Source: Botryllus schlosseri (taxonomy: Eukaryota). From it: a stretch of DNA of 64,000 bases. The notes below the pieces were generated by a model. That model was not told the DNA's origin. It made no database searches and saw nothing but the letters and a program-made list of their open reading frames with translations. Location: assembly GCA_051294905.1 (NCBI GenBank), contig CM119371.1, positions 35,032,001 to 35,096,000 on the forward strand. The letters run 5' to 3'. This document shows positions 40,701-52,851 of the stretch, one piece after another (positions within the stretch are counted from its first letter, which is position 1; every line of letters starts with the position of its first letter). The translations under genes were made by a program, and so were the position numbers.

Positions 40701-43700
40701 TATTTCTCTGAAAAGTAGAGATGAAATTCGACTCGAACTAGACGGTAGAATTGGCTAAAACTCGGTTCGATTATGCTTTGGGACAAGCCTCGACTCCTGT
40801 TCGTGGTTAAAAGTGGAGCACTTGTCTATAATAGAAATATCGGCGTCTTTAATCCGAGAGCTATACGTGTAATTTGGCGAAAGACGTTGGCCAGGTGATG
40901 ATACTCGCGCTATTTCTCTGAAAAGTAGAGATGAAATTCGACTCGAACTAGACGGTAGAATTGGCTAAAACTCGGTTCGATTATGCTTTGGGACAAGCCT
41001 CGACTCCTGTTCGTGGTTAAAAGTGGAGCACTTGACTATAATAGAAATATCGGCGTCTTTAATCCGAGAGCTATACGTGTAATTTGGCGAAAGACGTTGG
41101 CAAGGTGATGATACTCGCGCTATTTCTCTGAAAAGTAGAGATGAAATTCGACTCGAACTAGACGGAAGAATTGGCTAAAACTCGGTTCGATTATGCTTTG
41201 GGACAAGCCTCGACTCCTGCACGTGGTTAAAAGTGGAGCACTTGTAAATAATAGAAATATCAGCGTCTTTAATCCGAGAGCTATACGTGTAATTTTGCGA
41301 AAGACGTTGGCCAGGTGATGATACTCGCGCAATTTCTCTGAAAAGTAGAGATGAAATTCGACTCGAACTAGACGGTAGAATTGGCTAAAACTAGGTTCGA
41401 TTATGCTTTGGGACAAGACTCGACTCCTGTACGTGGTTAAAAGTGGAGCACTTGTCTATAATAGAAATATCGGCGTCTTTAATCCGAGAGCTATACGTGT
41501 AATTTTGCGAAAGACGTTGGTCAGGTGATGATACTCGCGCAATTTCTCTGAAAAGTAGAGATGAAATTCGACTCGAACTAGACGGTAGAATTGGCTAAAA
41601 CTCGGTTCGATTATGCTTTGGGACAAGCCTCGACTCCTGTACGTGGTTAAAAGTGGAGCACTTGTCTATGATAGAAATATCGGCGTCTTTAATCCGAGAG
41701 CTATACGTGTAACTTTGCGAAAGACGTTTGCCAGGTGATGATAATCGCGCAATTTCTCTGAAAAGTAGAGATGAAATTCGACTCGAACTAGACGGTAGAA
41801 TTGGCTAAAACTCGGTTCGATTATGCTTTGGGACAAGCCTCGACTCCTGAACATGGTTAAAAGTGGAGCACTTGTCTATGATAGAAATATCGGCGTCTTT
41901 AATCCGAGAGCTATACGTGTAATTTTGCGAAAGACGTTGGCCAGGTGATGATACTCGCGCAATTTCTCTGAAAAGTAGAGATGAAATTCGACTCGAACTA
42001 GACGGTAGAATTGGCTAAAACTAGGTTCGATTATGCTTTAGGACAAGACTCGACTCCTGTACGTGGTTAAAAGTGGAGCACTTGTATATAATAGAAATAT
42101 CGGCGTCTTTAATCCGAGAGCTATACGTGTAATTTTGCGAAAGACGTTGGCCAGGTGATGATACTCGCGCTATTTCTCTGAAAAGTAGAGATGAAATTCG
42201 ACTCGAACTAGACGGTAGAATTGGCTAAAACTCGGTTCGATTATGCTTTGGGACAAGCCTCGACTCCTGTTCGTGGTTAAAAGTGGAGCACTTGTCTATA
42301 ATAGAAATATCGGCGTCTTTAATCCGAGAGCTATACGTGTAATTTGGCGAAAGACGTTGGCCAGGTGATGATACTCGCGCTATTTCTCTGAAAAGTAGAG
42401 ATGAAATTCGACTCGAACTAGACGGTAGAATTGGCTAAAACTCGGTTCGATTATGCTTTGGGACAAGCCTCGACTCCTGTTCGTGGTTAAAAGTGGAGCA
42501 CTTGACTATAATAGAAATATCGGCGTCTTTAATCCGAGAGCTATACGTGTAATTTGGCGAAAGACGTTGGCCAGGTGATGATACTCGCGCTATTTCTCTG
42601 AAAAGTAGAGATGAAATTCGACTCGAACTAGACGGAAGAATTGGCTAAAACTCGGTTCGATTATGCTTTGGGACAAGCCTCGACTCCTGCACGTGGTTAA
42701 AAGTGGAGCACTTGTAAATAATAGAAATATCAGCGTCTTTAATCCGAGAGCTATACGTGTAATTTTGCGAAAGACGTTGGCCAGGTGATGATACTCGCGC
42801 AATTTCTCTGAAAAGTAGAGATGAAATTCGACTCGAACTAGACGGTAGAATTGGCTAAAACTCGGTTCGATTATGCTTTGGGACAAGCCTCGACCCCTGT
42901 TCGTGGTTAAAAGTGGAGCACTTGTCTATAATAGAAATATCGGCGTCTTTAATCCGAGAGCTATACGTGTAATTTTGCGAAAGACGTTGGTCAGGTGATG
43001 ATACTCGCGCAATTTCTCTGAAAAGTAGAGATGAAATTCGACTCGAACTAGACGGTAGAATTGGCTAAAACTCGGTTCGATTATGCTTTGGGACAAGCCT
43101 CGACTCCTGTACGTGGTTAAAAGTGGAGCACTTGTCTATGATAGAAATATCGGCGTCTTTAATCCGAGAGCTATACGTGTAACTTTGCGAAAGACGTTTG
43201 CCAGGTGATGATAATCGCGCAATTTCTCTGAAAAGTAGAGATGAAATTCGACTCGAACTAGACGGTAGAATTGGCTAAAACTCGGTTCGATTATGCTTTG
43301 GGACAAGCCTCGACTCCTGAACATGGTTAAAAGTGGAGCACTTGTCTATGATAGAAATATCGGCGTCTTTAATCCGAGAGCTATACGTGTAATTTTGCGA
43401 AAGACGTTGGCCAGGTGATGATACTCGCGCAATTTCTCTGAAAAGTAGAGATGAAATTCGACTCGAACTAGACGGTAGAATTGGCTAAAACTAGGTTCGA
43501 TTATGCTTTAGGACAAGACTCGACTCCTGTACGTGGTTAAAAGTGGAGCACTTGTCTATAATAGAAATATCGGCGTCTTTAATCCGAGAGCTATACGTGT
43601 AATTTTGCGAAAGACGTTGGCCAGGTGATGATACTCGCGCTATTTCTCTGAAAAGTAGAGATGAAATTCGACTCGAACTAGACTGAAGAATTGGCTAAAA

Positions 43701-46700
43701 CTCGGTTCGATTATGCTTTGGGACAAATCTCGACTCTTGCACGTGGTTAAAAGTGGAGCACTTGTCAATAATAGAAATATCGGCGTCTTTAATCCGAGAG
43801 CTATACGTGTAATTTTGCGAAAGACGTTGGCCAGGTGATGATACTCGCACTATTTCTCTGAAAAGTAGAGATGAAATTCGACTCGAACTAGACGGTAGAA
43901 TTGGCTAAAACTCGGTTCGATTATGCTTTGGGACAAGCCTCGACTCCTGTTCGTGGTTAAAAGTGGAGCACTTGACTATAATAAAAATATCGGCGTCTTT
44001 AATCCGAGAGCTATACGTGTAATTTGGCGAAAGACGTTGGCCAGGTGATGATACTCGCGCTATTTCTCTGAAAAGTAGAGATGAAATTCGACTCGAACTA
44101 GACGGTAGAATTGGCTAAAACTCGGTTCGATTATGCTTTGGGACAAGCCTCGACTCCTGCACGTGGTTAAAAGTGGAGCACTTGTAAATAATAGAAATAT
44201 CGGCGTCTTTAATCCGAGAGCTATACGTGTAATTTTGCGAAAGACGTTGGCCAGGTGATGATACTCGCGCAATTTCTCTGAAAAGTAGAGATGAAATTCG
44301 ACTCGAACTAGACGGTAGAATTGGCTAAAACTAGGTTCGATTATGCTTTAGGACAAGACTCGACTCCTGTACGTGGTTAAAAGTGGAGGACTTGTCTATA
44401 ATAGAAATATCGGCGTCTTTAATCCGAGAGCTATACGAGTAATTTTGCGAAAGACGTTGGTCAGGTGATGATACTCGCGCAATTTCTTTGAAAAGTAGAG
44501 ATGAAATTCGACTCGAACTAGACGGTAGAATTGGCTAAAACTCGGTTCGATTATGCTTTGGGACAAGCCTCGACTCCTGTACGTGGTTAAAAGTGGAGCA
44601 CTTGTCTATGATGGAAATATCGGCGTCTTTAATCCGAGAGCTATACGTGTAACTTTGCGAAAGACGTTTGCCAGGTGATGATAATCGCGCAATTTCTCTG
44701 AAAAGTAGAAATGAAATTCGACTCGAACTAGACGGTAGAATTGGCTAAAACTCGGTTCGATTATGCTTTGGGACAAGCCTCGACTCCTGAACATGGTTAA
44801 AAGTGGAGCACTTGTCTATGATAGAAATATCGGCGTCTTTAATCCGAGAGCTATACGTGTAATTTTGCGAAAGACGTTGGCCAGGTGATGATACTCGCGC
44901 AATTTCTCTGAAAAGTAGAGATGAAATTCGACTCGAACTAGACGGTAGAATTGGCTAAAACTAGGTTCGATTATGCTTTAGGACAAGACTCGACTCCTGT
45001 ACGTGGTTAAAAGTGGAGCACTTGTCTATAATAGAAATATCGGCGTCTTTAATCCGAGAGCTATACGTGTAATTTTGCGAAAGACGTTGGCCAGGTGATG
45101 ATACTCGCGCTATTTCTCTGAAAAGTAGAGATGAAATTCGACTCGAACTAGACGTAAGAATTGGCTAAAACTCGGTTCGATTATGCTTTGGGAAAAATCT
45201 CGACTCCTGCACGTGGTTAAAAGTGGAGCACTTGTCAATAATAGAAATATCGGCGTCTTTAATCCGAGAGCTATACGTGTAATTTTGCGAAAGACGTTGG
45301 CCAGGTGATGATACTCGCGCAATTTCTCTGAAAAGTAGAGATGAAATTCGACTCGAACTAAACGGTAGAATTGGCTAAAACTAGGTTCGATTATGCTTTG
45401 GGACAAGACTCGACTCCTGTACGTGGTTAAAAGTGGAGCACTTGTCTATAATAGAAATATCGGCGTCTTTAATCCGAGAGCTATACGTGTAATTTTGCGA
45501 AAGACGTTGGCCAGGTGATGATACTCGCGCTATTTCTCTGAAAAGTAGAGATGAAATTACACTCGAACTAGACGGTAGAATTGGCTAAAACTCGGTTCGA
45601 TTATGCTTTTGGACAAGCCTCGACTCCTGCACGTGGTTAAAAGTGGAGCACTTGTCAATAATAGAAATATCGGCGTCTTTAATCCGAGAGCTATACGTGT
45701 AATTTTGCGAAAGACGTTGGCCAGGTGATGATACTCGCGCAATTTCTCTGAAAAGTAGAGGTGAAATTCGACTCGAACTAGACGGTAGAATTGGCTAAAA
45801 CTCGGTTCGATTTTGCTTTGGGACAAGCCTCGACTCCTGCACGTGGTTAAAAGTGGAGCACTTGTAAATAATAGAAATATCGGCGTCTTTAATCCGAGAG
45901 CTATACGTGTAATTTTGCGAAAGACGTTGGCCAGGTGATGATACTCGCGCAATTTCTCTGAAAAGTTGAGATGAAATTCGACTCGAACTAGACGGTAGAA
46001 TTGGCTAAAACTAGGTTCGATTATGCTTTGGAACAAGACTCGACTCTTGTACGTGGTTAAAAGTGGAGGACTTGTCTATAATAGAAATATCGGCGTCTTT
46101 AATCCGAGAGCTATACGTGTAATTTTGCGAAAGACGTTGGTCAGGTGATGATACTCGCGCAATTTCTCTGAAAAGTAGAGATGAAATTCGACTCGAACTA
46201 GACGGTAGAATTGGCTAAAACTCGGTTCGATTATGCTTTGGGACAAGCCTCGACTCCTGTACGTGGTTAAAAGTGGAGCACTTGTCTATGCTGGAAATAT
46301 CGGCGTCTTTAATCCGAGAGCTATACGTGTAACTTTGCGAAAGACGTTTGCCAGGTGATGATAATCGCGCAATTTCTCTGAAAAGTAGAGATGAAATTCG
46401 ACTCGAACTAGACGGTAGAATTGGCTAAAACTCGGTTCGATTATGCTTTGGGACAAGCCTCGACTCCTGAACATGGTTAAAAGTGGAGCACTTGTCTATG
46501 ATAGAAATATCGGCGTCTTTAATCCGAGAGCTATACGTGTAATTTTGCGAAAGACGTTGGCCAGGTGATGATACTCGCGCAATTTCTCTGAAAAGTAGAG
46601 ATGAAATTCGACTCGAACTAGACGGTAGAATTGGCTAAAACTAGGTTCGATTATGCTTTAGGACAAGACTCGACTCCTGTACGTGGTTAAAAGTGGAGCA

Positions 46701-49700
46701 CTTGTCTATAATAGAAATATCGGCGTCTTTAATCCGAGAGCTATACGTGTAATTTTGCGAAAGACGTTGGCCAGGTGATGATACTCGCGCTATTTCTCTG
46801 AAAAGTAGAGATGAAATTCGACTCGAACTAGACGGAAGAATTGGCTAAAACTCGGTTCGATTATGCTTTGGGACAAATCTCGACTCCTGCACGTGGTTAA
46901 AAGTGGAGCACTTGTCAATAATAGAAATATCGGCGTCTTTAATCCGAGAGCTATACGTGTAATTTTGCGAAAGACGTTGGCCAGGTGATGATACTCGCGC
47001 AATTTCTCCGAAAAGTAGAGATGAAATTCGACTCGAACTAAACGGTAGAATTGGCTAAAACTAGGTTCGATTATGCTTTGGGACAAGACTCGACTCCTGT
47101 ACGTGGTTAAAAGTGGAGCACTTGTCTATAATAGAAATATCGGCGTCTTTAATCCGAGAGCTATACGTGTAATTTTGCGAAAGACGTTGGCCAGGTGATG
47201 ATACTCGCGCTATTTCTCTGAAAAGTAGAGATGAAATTACACTCGAACTAGACGGTAGAATTGGCTAAAACTCGGTTCGATTATGCTTTTGGACAAGCCT
47301 TGACTCCTGCACGTGGTTAAAAGTGGAGCACTGGTCACTAATAGAAATATCGGCGTCTTTAATCCGAGAGCTATACGTGTAATTTTGCGAAAGACGTTGG
47401 CCAGGTGATGATACTCGCGCAATTTCTCTGAAAAGTAGAGGTGAAATTCGACTCGAACTGGACGTTAGAATTGGCTAAAACTCGGTTCGGTTATGCTTTG
47501 GGACAAGCCTCGACTCCTGAACGTGGTTAAAAGTGAAGCACTTGTATATGATAGAAATATCGGCGTCTTTAATCCGAGAGCTATACGTGTAACTTTGCGA
47601 AAGACGTTGGCCAGGTGATGATACTCGCGCAATTTCTCTGAAAAGTAGAGATGAAATTCGACTCGAACTAGATGGTAGAATTGGCTAAAACTAGGTTCGA
47701 TTATGCTTTGGGACAAGACTCGACTCCTGTACGTGGTTAAAAGTGGAGCACTTGTCTTTAATAGAAATATCGGCGTCTTTAATCCGAGAGCTATACGTGT
47801 AATTTTGCGAAAGACGTTAACCAGGTGATGATACTCGCGCAATTTCTCTGAAAAGTAGAGATGAAATTCGACTCGAACTAGACGGTAGAATTGGCTAAAA
47901 CTAGGTTCGATTATGCTTTGGGACAAGACTCGAATCCTGTACGTGGTTAAAAGTGGAGCATTTGTATATAATAGAAATATCGGCGTCTTTAATCCGAGAG
48001 CTATACGTGTAATTTTGCGAAAGACGTTGGCCAGGTGATGATACTCGCGCTATTTCTCTGAAAAGTAGAGATGAAATTCGACTCGAACTAGACGGTAGAA
48101 TTGGCTAAAACTCGGTTCTATTATGCTTTGGGACAAGCCTCGACTCCTGTTCGTGGTTAAAAGTGGAGCACTTGTCTATGATAGAAATATCGGCGTCTTA
48201 AATCCGAGAGCTATACGTGTAATTTTGCGAAAGACGTTGGTCAGGTGATGATACTCGCGCAATTTCTCTGAAAAGTAGAGATGAAATTCGACTCGAACTA
48301 GACGGTAGAATTGGCTAAAACTAGGTTCGATTATGCTTTGGGACAAGACTCGACTCCTGTACGTGGTTAAAAGTGGAGCATTTGTATATAATAGAAATAT
48401 CGGCGTCTTTAATCCGAGAGCTATACGTGTAATTTTGCGAAAGACGTTGGCCAGGTGATGATACTGGCGCTATTTCTCTGAAAAGTAGAGATGAAATTCG
48501 ACTCGAACTAGACGGTAGAATTGGCTAAAACTCGGTTCTATTATGCTTTGGGAAGAGCCTCGACTCCTGTTCGTGGTTAAAAGTGGAGCACTTGTCTATA
48601 ATAGAAATATCGGCGTCTTTAATCCAAGAGCTATACGTGTAATTTGGCGAAAGACGTTGGCCAGGTGATGATACTCGCGCTATTTCTCTGAAAAGTAGAG
48701 ATGAAATTCGACTCGAACTAGACGGTAGAATTGGCTAAAACTCGGTTCGATTATGCTTTGGGACAAGCCTCGACTCCTGCACGTGGTTAAAAGTGGAGCA
48801 CTTGTCAATAATAGAAATATCGGCGTCTTTAATCCGAGAGCTATACGTGTAATTTTGCGAAAGACGTTTGCCAGGTGATGATAATCGCGCAATTTCTCTG
48901 AAAAGTAGAGATGAAATTCGACTCGAACTAGACGGTAGAATTGGCTAAAACTAGGTTCGATTATGCTTTGGGACAAGACTCGACTCCTGTACGTGGTTAA
49001 AAGTGGAGCACTTGTATATAATAGAAATATCGGCGTCTTTAATCCGAGAGCTATACGTGTAATTTTGCGAAAGACGTTGGCCAGGTGATGACACTCGCGC
49101 TATTTCTCTGAAAAGTAGAGATGAAATTCGACTCGAACTAGACGGTAGAATTGGGTAAAACTCGGTTCGATTATGCTTTGGGACAAGCCTCGACTCCTGT
49201 TCGTGGTTAAAAGTGGAGCACTTGTCTATAATAGAAATATCGGCGTCTTTAATCCGAGAGCTATACGTGTAATTTGGCGAGAGACGTTGGCCAGGTGATG
49301 ATACTCGCGCTATTTCTCTGAAAAGTAGAGATGAAATTCGACTCGAACTAGACTGTAGAATTGGCTAAAACTCGGTTCGATTATGCTTTGGGACAAGCCT
49401 CGACTCCTGTTTGTGGTTAAAAGTGGAGCACTTGACTATAATAGAAATATCGGCGTCTTTAATCCGAGAGCTATACGTGTAATTTGGCGAAAGACGTTGG
49501 CCAGGTGATGATACTCGCGCTATTTTTCTGAAAAGTAGAGATGAAATTCGACTCGAACTAGACGGAAGAATTGGCTAAAACTCGGTTCGATTATGCTTTG
49601 GGACAAGCCTCGACTCCTGCACGTGGTTAAAAGTGGAGCACTTGTCTATAATAGAAATATCGGCGTCTTTAATCCGAGAGCTATACGTGTAATTTTGCGA

Positions 49701-52624
49701 AAGACGTTGGCCAGGTGATGATACTCGCGCAATTTCTCTGAAAAGTAGAGATGAAATTCGACTCGAACTGGACGGTAGAATTGGCTAAAACTAGGTTCGA
49801 TTATGCTTTGGGACAAGCCTCGACTCCTGTACGTGGTTAAAAGTGGAGCACTTGTCTATAATAGAAATATCGGCGTCTTTAATCCGAGAGCTATACGTGT
49901 AATTTTGCGAAAGACGTTGGTCAGGTGATGATACTCGCGCAATTTCTCTGAAAATTAGAGATGAAATTCGACTCGAACTAGACGGTAGAATTGGCTAAAA
50001 CTCGGTTCGATTATGCTTTGGGACAAGCCTCGACTCCTGTACGTGAATAAAAGTGGAGCACTTGTCTATGATAGAAATATCGGCGTCTTTAATCCGAGAG
50101 CTATACGTGTAACTTTGCGAAAGACGTTTGCCAGGTGATGATAATCGCGCAATTTCTCTGAAAAGTAGAGATGAAATTCGACTCGAACTAGACTGAAGAA
50201 TTGGCTAAAACTCGGTTCGATTATGCTTTGGGACAAGCCTCGACTCCTGAACATGGTTAAAAGTGGAGCACTTGTCTATGATAGAAATATCGGCGTCTTT
50301 AATCCGAGAGCTATACGTGTAATTTTGCGAAAGACGTTGGCCAGGTGATGATACTCGCGCAATTTCTCTGAAAAGTAGAGATGAAATTCGACTCGAACTA
50401 GACGGTAGAATTGGCTAAAACTAGGTTCGATTATGCTTTAGGACAAGACTCGACTCCTGTACGTGGTTAAAAGTGGAGCACTTGTCTATAATAGAAATAT
50501 CGGCGTCTTTAATCCGAGAGCTATACGTGTAATTTTGCGAAAAACGTTGGCCAGGTGATGATACTCGCGCTATTTCTCTGAAAAGTAGAGATGAAATTCG
50601 ACTCGAACTAGACTGAAGAATTGGCTAAAACTCGGTTCGATTATGCTTTGGGACAAATCTCGACTCTTGCACGTGGTTAAAAGTGGAGCACTTGTCAATA
50701 ATAGAAATATCGGCGTCTTTAATCCGAGAGCTATACGTGTAATTTTGCGAAAGACGTTGGCCAGGTGATGATACTCGCGCTATTTCTCTGAAAAGTAGAG
50801 ATGAAATTCGACTCGAACTAGACGGTAGAATTGGCTAAAACTCGGTTCGATTATGCTTTGGGACAAGCCTTGACTCCTGTTCGTGGTTAAAAGTGGAGCA
50901 CTTGACTATAATAGAAATATCGGCGTCTTTAATCCGAGAGCTATACGTGTAATTTGGCGAAAGACGTTGGCCAGGTGATGATACTCGCGCTATTTCTCTG
51001 AAAAGTAGAGATGAAATTCGACTCGAACTAGACGGTAGAATTGGCTAAAACTCGGTTCGATTATGCTTTGGGACAAGCCTCGACTCCTGCACGTGGTTAA
51101 AAGTGGAGCACTTGTAAATAATAGAAATATCGGCGTCTTTAATCCGAGAGCTATACGTGTAATTTTGCGAAAGACGTTGGCCAGGTGATGATACTCGCGC
51201 AATTTCTCTGAAAAGTAGAGATGAAATTCGACTCGAACTAGACGGTAGAATTGGCTAAAACTAGGTTCGATTATGCTTTGGGACAAGACTCGACTCCTGT
51301 ACGTGGTTAAAAGTGGAGGACTTGTCTATAATAGAAATATCGGCGTCTTTAATCCGAGAGCTATACGTGTAATTTTGCGAAAGACGTTGGTCAGGTGATG
51401 ATACTCGCGCAATTTCTCTGAAAAGTAGAGATGAAATTCGACTCGAACTAGACGGTAGAATTGGCTAAAACTCGGTTCGATTATGCTTTGGGACAAGCCT
51501 CGACTCCTGTACGTGGTTAAAAGTGGAGCACTTGTCTATGATGGAAATATCGGCGTCTTTAATCCGAGAGCTATACGTGTAACTTTGCGAAAGACGTTTG
51601 CCAGGTGATGATAATCGCGCAATTTCTCTGAAAAGTAGAGATGAAATTCGACTCGAACTAGACGGTAGAATTGGCTAAAACTCGGTTCGATTATGCTTTG
51701 GGACAAGCCTCGACTCCTGCACGTGGTTAAAAGTGGAGCACTTGTAAATAATAGAAATATCGGCGTCTTTAATCCGAGAGCTATACGTGTAATTTTGCGA
51801 AAGACGTTGGCCAGGTGATGATACTCGCGCAATTTCTCTGAAAAGTAGAGATGAAATTCGACTCGAACTAGACGGTAGAATTGGCTAAAATTAGGTTCGA
51901 TTATGCTTTGGGACAAGACTCGACTCCTGTACGTGGTTAAAAGTGGAGGACTTGTCTATAATAGAAATATCGGCGTCTTTAATCCGAGAGCTATACGTGT
52001 AATTTTGCGAAAGACGTTGGTCAGGTGATGATACTCGCGCAATTTCTCTGAAAAGTAGAGATGAAATTCGACTCGAACTAGACGGTAGAATTGGCTAAAA
52101 CTCGGTTCGATTATGCTTTGGGACAAGCCTCGACTCCTGTACGTGGTTAAAAGTGGAGCACTTGTCTATGATGGAAATATCGGCGTCTTTAATCCGAGAG
52201 CTATACGTGTAACTTTGCGAAAGACGTTTGCCAGGTGATGATAATCGCGCAATTTCTCTGAAAAGTAGAGATGAAATTCGACTCGAACTAGACGGTAGAA
52301 TTGGCTAAAACTAGGTTCGATTATGCTTTGGGACAAGACTCGACTCCTGTACGTGGTTAAAAGTGGAGCACTTGTCTATAATAGAAATATCGGCGTCTTT
52401 AATCCGAGAGCTATACGTGTAATTTTGCGAAAGACGTTGGTCAGGTGATGATACTCGCGCAATTTCTCTGAAAAGTAGAGATGAAATTCGACTCGAACTA
52501 GACGGTAGAATTGGCTGAAACTCGGTTCGATTATGCTTTGGGACAAGCCTCGACTCCTGTACGTGAATAAAAGTGGAGCACTTGTCTATGATAGAAATAT
52601 CGGCGTCTTTAATCCGAGAGCTAT

Positions 52625-52629
52625 ACGTG
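52625..52629 (+). repeat. LTR element TSD, left copy (ACGTG)
   Basis: Repeated at 56776-56780. Removing the element and one copy restores the satellite sequence CTATACGTGTAACTTTGCG. Confidence 0.95.
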
Positions 52630-52832
52630 TGTGGTGATCCGCAATTAGGCAATAATTACTTTTCTCTGATTAGTTACGTTGTACAGTACAGTGTCGCCTT
52701 ATCGTTACCGTGTCATTCTATTCTCTTCTGTTCTGCTGTCAGTTGTGTTCTATGTTGCTTAAAGCCACATTGGTTACCTTTGCTTTAATAAAGCTTCAGT
52801 TAGTCATTCAATGCAATAGTCAGTTTACGACA
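52630..52832 (+). repeat. 5' LTR (203 bp)
   Basis: TGTGGTGATCC...TTTACGACA. Identical by eye to 56573-56775. Confidence 0.97.
52739..52744 (+). promoter_or_regulatory. Candidate initiator (Inr) and transcription start in the 5' LTR
   Basis: TCAGTT matches the TCAKTY Inr consensus and lies upstream of the LTR AATAAA. Other matches exist (52713, 52796, 52820), so the start site is tentative. Confidence 0.45.
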
Positions 52833-52833
52833 A

Positions 52834-52849
52834 TTTAAGCAACATAGAA
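52834..52849 (+). other. Primer-binding-site position, complementary to the element's own LTR (putative self-priming PBS)
   Basis: TTTAAGCAACATAGAA, 1 nt after the LTR's terminal CA, is the exact reverse complement of TTCTATGTTGCTTAAA at 52748-52763. It does not begin with TGG as a canonical tRNA PBS does. Confidence 0.8.
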
Positions 52850-52851
52850 TT

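Larger units (their letters stand above)
4785..52629. repeat. 210-bp tandem satellite array, segment 2 (about 228 monomers)
   Basis: Uninterrupted 210-bp periodicity. The register at 10141 and 52561 differs by exactly 202 x 210. Confidence 0.99.
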
